This document shows, in pieces, positions 49,692 through 63,459 of a stretch of DNA of 64,000 nucleotides (position 1 is the stretch's first letter; each line of letters begins with the position of its first letter). Under the pieces are notes generated by a model. That model ran no database searches. It saw only the letters and a list, made by a program, of their open reading frames with translations, and was not told the origin of the DNA. Source of the DNA: Octopus sinensis (lineage: Eukaryota); NCBI RefSeq assembly GCF_006345805.1, contig NC_043003.1:1612001-1676000 (forward strand), written 5' to 3'. The translations under genes and the position numbers were made by a program.

Positions 49692-51744
49692 GGGAAAAAT
49701 GCATTTTTCAAGGTGAGGTGCGAAACTGCTTTTACCCCCGAATGGATCTAGCTTGGACCGTGACAACTTTTTAGTAAGTAAAAAAAAATCATTTTTTCCT
49801 TTGGAATTTTGTCAAGTTTATGTATAAATTTTAGCCACGAGCTGCCTTTGCGCGGGACTCTGGGGAGAGTCTGGGGTAACAAGAGGAACATTAAGAGTTA
49901 GGATTTTACCACTTTAGAAAGTATATCAACCACTACACAATAACTCATTGAATAGTTTAGATTTCTTAATAAACCACCTTGATGTTTATTAAGAAATTAA
50001 CTCATGTCTCGCTAGACAAGCATTCGAGTTTCCTGAAGATTTGGGGCCATCAAAGCCCTTCTCGGTTTGCAAATCATGGCGGAGGTAAAGAATACGCACA
50101 CCACCCGTTTTCGGCCTAGTCTTAACCCTAAACACCGAACGTGCCTATTGTTTACCTTCGCCCCAAATTATGGGGTATTTGACAGTATTGGTGCAAGTAG
50201 GATTATTTTGAATTTCTAGATTTCCCTCTGACATTTTGGTTGTCTGGTGGAAAGGAAGAATTACAGGTCAACCTCTCTATTAAAATGTGCGTAGTACTGA
50301 GAAAAACCTGACATTAGGTCGATAATTATGTATTCCGTTGTCGTTCGATCGATGTTCAATGAATTTCAATGGTGCGTTCAAAAGGAAAAGAAAACAAACA
50401 AACTATAAAGTCTAAAGGTGGTGCTCCAGCATGACCGCGGTGCTATGACTGAAACAAGTAAATGATGAAATATATCTAAAGGAGAAATAAAAGTGAATGG
50501 CTGAGATGTGAAGAGACAACGAACGACACAATTACAAAAGCTGACATGATAAAGCTTGTTTGCCTGGAGTCAGAAAGTGATTTTTTCAAATTGTTATTTC
50601 ACACGAACGATGTCAGATATTTTTTATCGATTCGTTTACAAACTAAAAACCCGAAGCAAAAATACAGAAACCAGAATGCCTTTCTCTACGTGTTGTGGTT
50701 TAACCCATTAAGTCCCACTGTCCTATAAATAGGACACTAAATGAGAGCCTTAAAATAAGCTATAATCACATTGTCCCAGTGTCCTATTTATAGGAGACCA
50801 AGTATTTCCATTTCTACTTGAAGTAAAGGAGTTTTAATAATTATTTTTTTTCATTTTAACCTATTTTCAATCATCTGTAAAAAATTTAAAATAATATTCA
50901 GAAATTCAAGTAGTCTTGGATCTTCGGCCAGGCAGACTTGTGATTGCTTGACAAACTTTCAGGGTAGCTGTCCCGGATTTCCCCTCCTTTTTATTGTATC
51001 CCACATTTAAAATTTTTAAGATGTCCTCTCCACTGACATCTAAATAAAAATGTTTTTAATCCATCTTTGCCAAATGTTTCACCTTACATACCTTCACTCA
51101 TCCTGCCTTCGGATGTGGCCCCCCCCTTTTTTCATTATTTTAGATTCTGAAACCCCGTCTCCCTTTATACCTCTCCGTGGCGTGACTTTCAGAGGGTCCC
51201 CTGCAACTTTTTGTTTCGAGGCCCCTTCCCTTCAATCAAAATTCATAATCTACACACCTTTTATTCATAGCTACGTTTTAGTTTATTCTGTCTGAAGTTC
51301 AATATTTCATGTTATCCTAAAGAACATCTTTAAAACTACAGGTTAGATTTATTTAGGTCTCTTACAAATTTCAATAAGTAAAACTTCCAGACATGAATAA
51401 AAGAGTATTTTTATAATCCAGGCAACTTTCAAAGACAAACGTGGCGCACTTTCCGCTTCGCATAATCATCGATCTGTTCAGAATAATCAAGCTGAGAGCC
51501 ACGTTCGTGTTCAATAGATATCGTAGACAATCCACAAGTCTTGTACAATATAATATTTTTCGAAAACGTTCGTGGTACAATGTAATATTTTTACAAAAAC
51601 TTTTACAGATACAATGTTATTTCCATTTTATTTCTTGAAATTTTCAGTTAACATAATTCTTGTCCAAATAGGTAACTCGGATCTTTTCCCTTTGAACGGC
51701 ACTTTCTAACATAATTTCTAGGTAACTAAAAAGTTTTAAACTTG

Positions 51745-54700
51745 GAAGGTAGGTGTCTTACTTCAAATCTCCCACTTGCACCATAAGCTATTTCGGCACT
51801 CCACATAAGACGTCACCACGATGGCAGCTAAAATCAGGATTGCCAGCGACGTTATCAGACACTTTAATGGTGAGGGCAATGTAGTGGCCTGGATGCATAA
51901 AATCAGGCTTGTGGCGAGATTGCAAGGCATTAGCGATGTGGCGAGCCTTATGGCACTATATTTGGGAACGCATTGACTCTATAAAGAAGGTCTGAGCGAG
52001 AAGATTGAGTGACGTTTGAGAGAGGCTTACACCGAGTGTGAGTATACAGCCTTTGTTAAGCTGGGCACGATTAGATGGACGAGAGAGCAGGTGGAGGTGC
52101 GTAGGCTGGTCACACTGGCTGGGTTTACAGGAGAAGGCCTGGACAGAGCAGCGAGACTGGCATTTGTAAGTGGGTTCCCTGACGATGTAGGGATTCGACT
52201 GCAGCAATTGCCAGGGGGCAAATAGATGGTGCTGAGTGAACGTGTGACTCAAGCCCGTATGTTGACGCGAAAAACTGGATGGCAGTAATGGAGGCGCATA
52301 AAGACAGCCAACAGCCAGAGAAAGACACGAAGAAGTCTACCGTGCAATGACAGCAGCCGTTCTCAGACAGGTGTTTTAAATGTCAGGGGCCGCACATGGT
52401 GAGGGAGTGTATGCAACCGGGGCCTGTCTGCTATCGATGCAGGCAGACAGGGCACATCGCCCATGATTGCGACCAGGGAAACGACCGTGGGGAAGTTGCT
52501 GCCTCTCGAACTTTCCCCACAAATGAGTAGAGGCGCTTTTGGAGACGCCGCCCTTAATTGATGTCGAGGCCAAGGGAAAGACGTTCAAGGCCCTTGTGGA
52601 TACGGGTTGCACGACCACCCTTGTGACTTCAAGGGTGACGAAGAAATGGAATGGGGCAAGTAGCATCCGGGCAGTCGACGGCAGCGAAATCCGTTGCAGA
52701 GGCAGCAGCAAGGTAGAGATAGTGGTGCAAGGTGTGATGCTAAGGCTGCAGGTTATTGTGGTTGAACACATGATAGATGGGGTTGATGTGGTGATGGGGA
52801 TGGATGCCATCGACAGCCTCGGTGGTGTCAGTATTGTAGGAGATGAGGTCATGTTCGGAAGCATGGGGGTGTCGTGCACTGAGTCAGGATAGCCAGAAAG
52901 GGCAGGGCCCCGTGAGGGACTGCACTGGTTACACCATTGAGGACAAGGATTTTCAGGCAGCATTCGATGGTCAGCCGTGAACGATAGAGTGGCGATGGAA
53001 GGACGAGCCCCCGATGCTGAGAAACAGAGTGAGCTGCTACCAGCGAACCCTGAAAGGTCACGCCAGGGTCGAGTTTGAAGACGAGGTAGAGAGGTGGATC
53101 AGGGAAGGAGTCCTTGTCCCGTGAGAGGAGGAGGTAGTGGGCAGAGTGCTACCTCTGATGGCTGTGGTGCAGCTGATGAAGGGATAAGTCAGACCGACAC
53201 TGGACTTTAGAGAGCTAAATGAGCATATATCGTGCCACACAGGAGGTGAGGTGACGGACGTTTGTGGCGAGACATTACGTGTGTGGAGATTGTCGACTTG
53301 AAATCGGTATACTTGCAGCTCCATGTGAGCAACAAACTGTGGCGATATCAGCTTGTGCAGTACAAGGGCCAGACGTACTGTTTAAGCAGACTGGATTTCG
53401 GACTGAATTCTGCTCCAAAGATCATGTTGGCGGTGCTTAAGTCTGTACTAGGAAAAGAGAACAAGAAAGGCCACCAGTTCTTACATAGACGACATTTTGG
53501 TGGACGAAACTGTAGTGCCAGCCAACGAGGTAGTGAGACATCTGGAGAAGTTCGAACTGATTGCGAAGCCACCAGAGTCGATGGAAGGGGAAGCTGCACT
53601 GGGGCTGAAGCTGCAAAGAGATAGATCAGGTGTGTTGGTGTTCCGGAGAGGAAATGAAATCCCAGAGCTAAGTTCTAGCGTCAGCAGGAGAGAGCTGTTC
53701 TCGGTGTGTGGGAAGCTGGTCGGTCACTACCAAATCGCTGGATGGCTTCGCACAGCATGCATTTACACCAAGAGATGAGCGGTAGGGGAGAGCTGGGGTG
53801 ACAAGGTGGGAGAAGGGACGGTGGCGATGATGCAGGAAATCCTAGAGAGGATGAGAGCGGAAGACCCGGTCAGAGGGAACTGGTATGTGCCCAAGATGGA
53901 ATGCGGGGCCGTCTGGTGTGATACTAGCAGTATAACGACAGGGGTTGTGTTGGAGATTGAAGGTGCTGAGGTGGAGGATGTGACCTGGCTTCAGAAAGCA
54001 GATGACTTCAACTACATCAATGTCGCCGAATTAGACATGGTGCTGAAGGCGGTGAACTTGGCTCTGAAATGGGGGCTGTGCTCAATCAAAATCTGGACAG
54101 ATTCGGCCACTGTGCTTGGCTGGGTAGGATCGATGATCACCAGTGAGAGGAGAGTTCGGATGAAAGGTGCCGCAGAGATGTTGGTGAAGCGCCATCTAGG
54201 GAGTTCTAGGAGAATTGATTGCCGAGTTCGGACTGAAACTGAACATGATTTTTGTGCCTTCAGAGAGAAACAGGGCAGACAAACTGATCTGAGTGAAAAG
54301 AGTGTGGATGGAGGAGCCGGAGGAGGCACAGAAAGGAAAAGCTGCAGCATGTCAGTTGGATGACTCCGAACTGAAGAGACTGCACGCTACGCATCACTTG
54401 GGTGTGGACAGGACCCTGTATCTGGCGAAAAAGATTGATACTGATATTACTTGGAGAAGCATCCGGAAAGTGGTCGGGAGCAGCGACAGGTGTCAGTCCA
54501 TTGACCCTGCTCCATGAGCAAGGAAACCTTTTGGTGGAGCACAACTGGAAGAGGCTAGCTGTGGATGTGACGCACTACCATCATGGTCGACTGCTGACCA
54601 TTTGGAGGGAGTTGAGGACGGGCATTACTGACGAGATTGCGCAGATTTTGAACGGGATATTTTTAGAGAAGGGTCCCATGGAAGAACTGCTAATGGACAA

Positions 54701-55550
54701 TGGGGCAGAGTTTCGTTCGGAAGCATTGAGGAATATGCTTGGACAGTGGAAAGTGCGTTGCTTGTTCAGAGCAGTGTATAGGCCAAACAGTAACGGAATC
54801 ATAGAGCGGTACCATCAGACAGTCAAGGCCATAGCGGAAAGAGCGCACAATTCGCCACTGGAAGCAGTTTTCTGGTACAACATGTCTCTCTGATCCGGAA
54901 AAGCTGAAGAATCTGTGCTACACAGAGTGCTATTTAAATACGAATGGAGGCATCCAAGTAAAGCACCGGAGTGTCACAAGGAAGAGAAGGGACCCGCCTG
55001 CGTGAAAATAGGGGAGGAAGTCTGGGTTAAGTCACAGAAGGCACGCTGTACGTCTCAATGGAGTAGAAGAACGGTGACAGCGGTCAATTCCAGAAACAAC
55101 GTCTCCGTGGATGGAATGTTGTGACACATCTTGGACCTTCGCAGGATTGTCGCTTAGTTGGATGACGATTGTGGAGAGGAGGAGAACGAGGTGCTTAGCC
55201 TGAGAAGATCTCAACGTGCAAGGCGCCCTCCCGGTTTGATGGTGGACTTCGACATGGAGTAGAGAGAATGTGATCTTTAAGGTCAGGGTGGCGTGTGGGA
55301 TGACATCAGCAGCTGGGGAGCTGACCGGTAGAGGAAGGGCGCAAGAGTGATGTGCATGCAGGCAGGGGATGATTGGGCCTTTTCGATCGGGGTAGCAGAC
55401 AGTGCTGGACGCGTGAGCGCTTCAACAAGGTGAGGGAAAAGCAGCTATTTTTAGCGTTTGGGTTGGGCCACATGGAAAGGTGTGTTACCACCGGAGAGGT
55501 CTGCATTGACGAAGAGAAGGTAGGTGTCTTACTTCAAATCTCCCGCATGC
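51745..55550 (+). mobile_element. Ty3/gypsy LTR retrotransposon, near-complete internal region, frameshifted and with stops
   Basis: gag ATG at 51821, two zinc knuckles (CFKC..H...EC; CYRC...GH....C), protease LVDTG, RT DLKSVYLQ/FGLNSAP/YIDD, RNase H WCDTS, integrase H..H/D..DNG..E, in PR-RT-RH-IN order. 5' LTR remnant 51745-51805 ends CCACA. 3' LTR starts TGTGG at 55294 after a G-rich tract. Confidence 0.93.
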
Positions 55551-55551
55551 T

Positions 55552-56065
55552 CAACATGTTTCGGATGATATACTCTCCACCCTTCATCGGGTGTCTTGGG
55601 GAAATTTCGAACCTGTGTTCTTATTCCTAAGGTATTTTTTGATGTTATTATTATTCGGGTCACTGGGTGGAATCGAACTCAGAATCTTGGGGTTAGTAGC
55701 CTGCGCTCTTAACCACTACGCCATATGCCCCATGGGCAGTTATGGAATGGAGTGAATTTTAGGGTTTATAAATCTAATATTTTCCTATCCCTCCTTAATA
55801 CCAATTCCCATATGCTATTCTGTTGTGTCCTAGAATATGTGCAGCTTCTTTTAGTTTTCGTATTTTCCAGTGGTGTTCTCTGTCTATTATTTTAACTTCA
55901 TCCCATAGGGGGAGGTGGTCTCCATTTTTTCATACCTGATAAAGACACCTGATGAAAGCTGGAAAGTATATCAGCTAAAACGTTGTGTTGACAACAAACA
56001 AGATGAGAAATATTCGTCAGATGTCTATAATGTAAATAATTCCTCATCTCTTAACTATAGAACTT
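55552..56065. mobile_element. PLE-type terminal repeat remnant with inverted hammerhead motifs enclosing a tRNA-like SINE head
   Basis: gacac-CTGATGA-helix II-(A)AAAC-GTT-gtgtt at 55944-55989(+) and an inverted relative at ~55552-55596. Minus-strand GGCATATGGCGTAGTGGTTAAG...GAGTTCGATTCC (A/B boxes) at ~55660-55729. Confidence 0.6.
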
Positions 56066-59000
56066 TGACAAAATTGTCCATCACTTATTTTTCACTTAAA
56101 GACACCAAGGCACGAGCGATCAACTGCTGTCCTTCAGTTCAGGGTATCAATATTTCTTGATAAGAATCTTCTTCAACATACTTCAGGAGGAGAGATGTTC
56201 TTTCAGTGGTAAGGCAAAATATTTTTATGAAGTGGATTTGTGAAAAACAAAGTTTGAACTTTGAAAGATGTATCAAAACGATAATTCCAGTTGTTTTATA
56301 ATGTAAAGAATACACTAGCAGCTTGTGTTACTGAGACTGCCAAATTAAATAATTTTGTCTGGAGGTGTGGAAATTGTGATGAAGGATTGTGTTTGTCTGT
56401 GTGTATGCACACGTATTTCGTTTTCTTGTAAATTTCTTTGTCACCTCTCCGTGTGCCACCCCACCCCGCCCGACTTTGTTTCATCATAGCTTTCAGAAAA
56501 ATGGATATTTTTATAAAGAAATCTTTTACAAATACATATCAGATGGAGCAGATTCTGATTACATTGGAATTTAATGTGAACAAACTGGTGGGTGTGCACA
56601 CATACATAACTGACACACAGCACTTATATATCTACAAAATGAAATTTGAAATTTTGTAAAAAAATTCCCGATGTGTGTCAGTAGGTATCTGTTCATCATT
56701 TTTTCTCATTAAATTCCAATCAGAATCTACACCAAATGAGAGTTCTTGGTTCTTTTGTTCTTTTACTTGTTTCAGTCATTTGACTGGCCATGCTGGAGCA
56801 CCGCCTTTAGTTGGACAAATCAACCTCATGACTTATTCTTTGTATGCCTAATACTTATTCTAACGGTATCTTTTGCTGTACTGCTAAGTTACGGGGACGT
56901 AAACACACCAACATCAGTTGTCAAGCGATGGTGGGGGGACAAACACAGACACACACATAAATATACACACATACACGACGGGCTTCTTTCAGTTTCTGTC
57001 TACCAAATCCACTCACAAGGCTTTGGTTGGCCTGAGGTTATAGAAGACACTAGCCCAAGGTGCCACGCAGTGGGACTGAACCTGGAACCATGTGGTTGGG
57101 AAGCAGAAGATTATTTCATTAAAAAATACCAATTTTCTGAAAGTTATGAGGCAACAGTCAACTCATGTGAATTAACCAAAACTTTACTCTCCTTCTCCTG
57201 GAAAATTTTTCACAAATTACAACATAATTGGAATCTAAACCATCTGAAAGGTATTTGCAGAAAATTTCATTAGAAAGGTGTCCATTCTTCTAAAAGTCAT
57301 GAGGGAATAAATCGTGGTGGTGGTGGTGGTGGGGTGTCACTTGTATAGATATGTTTCCTTTTTCATTGTCATTTATCGTAATGGATGGTCACTAATGGTA
57401 GAAATGCATATCTCCCACCACAACTACCAGTTGTTTCCTGGTCATGCCACCACTTTTCTTTCAACCTTTCCTTCTTTTTTCATCCACCTGTCTCTCTACC
57501 TTTCTGTCATTAACTCTCTCTACCTACGTTTCTAACACTTCTGTTTACCTGACTTTCCAATGTTTTTCTGTCTTTATTCACCTTTGTGCTACTCTACAGA
57601 GTTGCTACAGCATAGTCAACAGGGACAATGTACTAATCGGGAAGAGTTTGTTGTCGGTCAAAGAGTGGGATGGAAAGAATTTTGGTGATAGGAACCAGCC
57701 AAATTCATCATCACCATCAGCATGGAAGGCAGACGTTAACTGATGATGATTATCATCATCAGGCTTTCACTAGTCTAAATGATAACTCTGTCATTTCTAT
57801 ACAGCCACCCCTCTCCACCACCACCCTTCCACCACATAAATTCATTCAAATCTTTTTTTTTTTTGTTAAGTAGAAATAAAACTAGTGGTTCAAAAATTCA
57901 AGAGGAGTGGCTGTGTGGTAAGTAGCTTGCTTACCAACCACACGATTATGGGTTCAGTCCCACTGTGTGGCATAGTGGGTGTCTTTTACTATAGCCTCGG
58001 GTCAACCAAAGCCTTGTGAGTGGAAACTGAAAGAAGCTCGTCATATATATATATATATACACATATGTGTTTGTGTGTCTGTGTTTGTCCCCCCCAACAT
58101 CGCTTGACAACCGATGCCGGTGTGTCTACGTCCCCATAACTTAGCAGTTTGGCAAAAAAGACCGATAGAACAAGTACTAGGCTTACAAAGAATAAGTCCT
58201 GGGGTCGATTTGCTTGACTAAAGGCAGTGCTCCAGCATGGCTGCAGTCAAATGACTGAAACAAGAAAAAGAATATTTCAAATTTGTTGAGGTTGTTTCCT
58301 GCTATGTTTCCAAGTTTCCACTTTGGTTTTATTCGATTCTTTAATCCAAATATCTTTTATTCTTTTATGTAGAATTAATAACATTTTTACAATAAGTGTC
58401 TGGATTTGTCTGTGAATAGGATTTTGGAAGGTTTTCATTGTTTATAAATCAATGTTTGCTGTGTGTGGAATGAAGTCAAACTAGCAGGACTCGAAGGTGT
58501 GATCAGTCAATAGATTAATTAATAAACTCGTTCATTCCTCAATAGATAATTGGATGCAAGCGTACAACATACAGCTGGACAGTGACTTCTGCTAGTTTCA
58601 TTGATTATAGATCTTTAAAGTAGTCGAGTAATTATGTATGTGTGGAGGTGCATGCGCTTATATAATTACAAAGTTATTTTATAGTATTTAATTTATGTAT
58701 GTTTGATTAATCAAACTATTGGAAAGAGGGTAATTTTGATGATCAGCAGTTGTCTAATACCATATCAAGCAGAGACAATGTAGGAGAGAGAGGGGGGGGG
58801 CAGTGTGGACACTTTAGTTTCATTGGTGACAGCCTGTCTAATTCCAGTGGTCTAGCAAAACAGGCCCAGCCCACACTGTTAAGGGGTTGACGTGATTCCA
58901 GTTGCAAAGCTGTTTGAAAAATAATCTGACACACGGACAGAGGTGGCTGTTTTTCTTTTCTTTGCTACTCCATTTGTCAGATGACAAAGAACAATGACAG

Positions 59001-60414
59001 TTGGTGAGAAACTGTGAGACTCCTCTAACCCATGCAAACATAGAAATATGGATGTAAAATGATGACGGTGATGTATCTGGTTAGTTTTGGAATATGTATA
59101 GTAATGACCACAGTTAGCCAAAACTTTGACCGGTAGCACAAAAGTTAGAACAACAGATTTATCAGGAGGAGATGCTAACAATTACGATTTAAGAGGTTAC
59201 CACAATAGGCTTAGATTAAGCAGAGAGGCTGAAAGAGGATATTCTTCGATTAGGTAGATAGACTTAGTTTAACTAAATAGGCTTCACTGAAATAGTCTCC
59301 GATTAGTTAGTCTTAGTTTCAGTAGAGACGCTTAGCTTACGTCGATAGGCTTAGTTTAAGAGTTTGTCTTTGAAGGTGGTGGACAGAGATTTGTATTGAT
59401 GTTTTATGGCAACAGAAATATATGGATGATGCTTTTGCTGCTAGAAACAACAGCCACATCTGTCGATTCATACCCTGCTGCCTTAAAGAATATTTCAGAC
59501 AATGTTGTCTTTTGCCTTGTGGGTGGTGAAGTGGCCAAATTGTTGAAGCATCTCACAATATTTGTTTTGATTCTCTGCATTTTGAGTTCAAATCGCACAA
59601 AAGTCGGCTTTGTCTTTCATTCTTTCAGTGCTAACAAAAAAAGTACCATTCTCATGACAATCGGTTGACCCATTACTGCGTTGGAAGAGACACTTTGAGG
59701 TAGCTGTTCCAACTTTTTGTATTCCAATGGCAGAACACTGCATCCAAATAGCCAGTGGGTTTATTAAAAAGGATAATTAATAGCAAAAGAAGCAGATTCT
59801 CATCTGTCAACAATGTAATTACTTGTGCTTTTACGCAACATGATTACTTATGGGAGATCCTCTCGAGGTAAATAACACAGTATTTTGTGTTCTAACACAA
59901 CACCCACATTAACTTGGAGATCAAGATATCTTTTGGTATTCATACTGCTTCTGTCATTATTATTTTTTAATAAGCCCACCAGTTATTTGCCAACACCAGT
60001 GTCTGAATGGACAGCGAGGTTCTGTATATTGTTGATGGCAGATTTGGACATCTGTCACTGAGGAAACCCATAGCAGGGTGAAATCAGGTGATCTGGCAGT
60101 TCTGTTGGCCATAGAAGACAATTCTCATCTGCCAACAATATAATTGTGAGTGCTTTTGTGCACCAACAAGTTCTTTTGAGAGATCTTCGAGGTGAATATT
60201 GCAGTATTTTGTACTTTGATACAACCTCAACGTTAAGTTGGAGATAAAGATTGCCTTTTGGGGTAAATATTTCTTGTGTCAATATTAATTATATATATAT
60301 AATTTAAAAATAGGATAAAATCTTTATAAGAATTTATCAAGTAGTTAGCGTGAAAAACCTCATAAGAGAAAAAAAACCATCAATTTTTTCTTTTAAATGT
60401 ATTCATTTTTATTT

Positions 60415-60568
60415 TATAGAGGGCATTCTTACACATAAATACCTCACGCTAGGAGGGACTTTCAAAGTCAAAATTACTAAAATAAGCATATCGGTACGAT
60501 ATGTTTATTTTAGTAGTTTTGACTTTGAAAGTCCCTCCTAGCATGAGGTATTTATGTGTAAGAATGCC

Positions 60569-60575
<7 letters not shown>
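60415..60575. repeat. Near-perfect 161-bp palindrome
   Basis: 79-bp arms centred on 60495, 3-nt loop (CATATCG-GTA-CGATATG), about three mismatches. Abuts (TA)n. Confidence 0.95.
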
Positions 60576-60608
<33 letters not shown>

Positions 60609-62391
60609 TCATCATCATTTAAAATCTGTTTTCTAAGCTGGCATGGGTTGGACTGTTTGATGGGATTCAGCATGCAAGGCTGTATGGAGTTCCAAAGTCT
60701 GCTTTGGCATGGTTTTTATAGCTGGATGCCTTTCCAAATGCCAACCCCTTCACAGTGTATACTGAGTGCTTATTTCATGTGACCAGCACTAGTGAGGTTG
60801 CAGTGTAACTCACAAGAAAGAAAAAGAACGGAGAAAGAGTACGGCTCCCACCACTGAGAGGGAAGTAGTTGAGAAGGGATGTGGTTTTATACCAGGTATT
60901 GAAAAGCTGAAGGTATGAGAGAGGGTCAAAGCATATGTGTTTTGTTGTAGAAGAGATACATGGCCACTCCACATGATATATAGGGGTTGGAGTGGTTGAG
61001 AAGGTGCAAGGTGAGCATAAGAAAGGATACAAACACTGGGTCACAAGAGAGGAAAAGAGAAGGGTTTCTTTCATAAGAATGTGAAAAGGGAATAACAGGT
61101 GGTCAGGGGTGGGAGTAGAGGTGATGAATAAGGGTGGAGGGGTGATTGAAGAGAAATACCAGCATGGAGGGGGGACAAGGTGGGAGTGGCTGAGGAAGGA
61201 GGAGAGATCAGAAGGTAGAAGAATTTTGTGCAAGGCATAGGAGCAGTGGAAATGCATAAGGGGCATGATGATAGATATAAGGGGACATTGGAAATGAGAA
61301 CAGATAAGAGAGGTGTAAAGGATAACAGAAGGGAGAGAGCAGTGACTGAAGGCACCCAGAGGAAGTGATTGGTAGAAATAGAGAAACAGCATGGGCTGAG
61401 ATGATAAGAAATGGGAGCAGTTTCAGCAGGGATGGGATGGAGGGGGGTGGCCAGAAAGGAGGGGATGTAATATGTGCTGCTTCTGCTCTTGGGTGATTAC
61501 AGTAGCTAAGTAGTACCATAGATAGGTGTTAAGGGATGATAATCAAGGGAGATGCTTGATGCATCCGAGAGAGAATAAAAGTAGGGCTCCCACACGTACA
61601 AGCATAACCGAATGGTTTTGGGATATCATTTTTGCTGCAATGGATGGGTCTTCTTGAGCACAGCAAAATGCCAATCACCTCAGTGCATTGTCATCAGCCT
61701 TCAATACTTCATCTCATCTCAGGTTTCCCTCTTCCACAAGTTTCCTTCACCTTAAGCATCTGGCACTCGTCCTCATCCGAATGCATCACACAACCATACC
61801 AGCATACTCTTCTCTCTCTCTCTTGCTCGTTACATCTGATTCCTCTTCTGCCTAACTCTCCCTCTCAATATCTTAGCACTTTACTGCATATGCACACTGC
61901 CATTGCACACCCAGCACAGCATACTCACTTCATTCTTCTTTAGTCTTTGCAAGTCCTTTGCATTCAAGATTCACGTCTCACCACCATGTAGCATTGCTCT
62001 TCATACACAAAGCATCCTAGGATCTGCTTTTCACTTGGACAGAAAGACATTTTGTTGCCATCATTTTCTTAGACTTTCAAAAAATCTCCTCCACACCTTA
62101 ATTAGGTTGTCCAGCCAACAGAAACTATCTGCTACTTCTAGGGAGCCTCCAGGGCATTTGAGAAAATCAATTTCCTACGTCTCTTTGGTCTTTATGGCAC
62201 ATGTGCCTCTTCCACATACAAACACCACTTTCTCTGTTAACCTTCTTGTGATTCCACTGCCCCTCTTGTATATTTATACACCATATGGAATTCCTGACTC
62301 TACCTTCTCTACATATTGTGCAGGGGTAGAGCCCTGTCTGTTTTTCTACTTAGTGGAACTTTGCTAAATTAACTTTAAGGTCTTTCTTTTA

Positions 62392-63360
62392 GATAACCCC
62401 ACTAGGCACCCTAACAATAGACTCCCTGTCCTTGATACAGAACTTTGGTTAGAGACTATGAACAACAGAGTGCAGCTCCTCCACTCCTATTACATGAAAC
62501 CCATAGCTTCAAAATATGTTGTTCACAAGAACTCAGCTTTGTCACACAACATGAAAATCAACATTCTGATAGCAGACTTAGGATAATGAACAACCTGTCC
62601 CCACTATGCGAACCCTATGAAACAAAGAAACATGTACAGAACTACATGCACCGTATGCAGCTCTCTGGATATTAGAAAGATAAGGTTCAGGTATACAGGT
62701 GTGCTAGAAAGAAGTTAGATAACATATGTGATGAAACCAGTGGTACCCACCCTAGATATAGAAGTAAAGACTGGAATAGAATACAAAGAATTTATGACAA
62801 AGCAAACAGAGTGGACACTTGGTACAAGACTGACAAATATGAAAGAGTGATGTTTGTAGAGGCCTCAGCCTATGGAGAACTAGCCTGTAGATTTAGGAAA
62901 GCACTGAAGGAGGCCAAACTCAACATTGAGATCGTTGAAAAGCTAGGGAGCTCCATCAGATCACAACTATGTAGGATGTACCCCTTTTGAGAATACCATA
63001 TGCACCAATGATAACTGCATGGTATGTAGAATTAACCCTGGCATTAACTGTAGAACTAGAAATGTAGTCTACAGCATAAGGTGTGCAGAAGGTACTTGTG
63101 AAAACAAGAACACGATATACATAAGATATCTAGGAGCATTGTAGAAAGACTAAATGAACATGTGAGACTATATGACGACAAAAAACAGTCCTCCATACTC
63201 TACCAACATGGAGGCAACCTGGGTCAACTTGACATCTGCATTTTATCCAAGCACCCGAAGGACCCAACAATCAGACAAATACAGGGGTACGTCCTTATAA
63301 ATGGAACATCCCCAGTGCTAAATAGGAAATGTAGTAGTAGGTAGTCATACTCGTATATCC
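62392..63360 (+). mobile_element. PLE fragment: RT thumb, linker and GIY-YIG endonuclease, decayed
   Basis: NNRLPVLDTELWLETM..LLHSYY..HRMQLSGY, then CTNDNCMVC..NCRTRNVVYSIRC...IY..ERLNEH. Homologous to the element at 1-350. Confidence 0.85.
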
Positions 63361-63361
63361 A

Positions 63362-63405
<44 letters not shown>

Positions 63406-63459
63406 TTAGTGTAGGAAGAAATGGAGCTGAACGAAGATTTAACAAAATTCCTTTTTATT

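Noticed and set aside
52376-52963. 195-aa minus-strand ORF and other antisense ORFs in 52000-55200
   Set aside because: Antisense to gypsy gag-pol, with no independent motifs.
55660-55729. Functional tRNA gene
   Set aside because: It has A/B boxes but no convincing acceptor or anticodon stem pairing; better explained as a SINE-type head.
60775-61519. 205-aa and overlapping minus-strand ORFs
   Set aside because: Derived from a low-complexity GA-rich tract that is naturally stop-poor on the pyrimidine strand; no recognisable domain.
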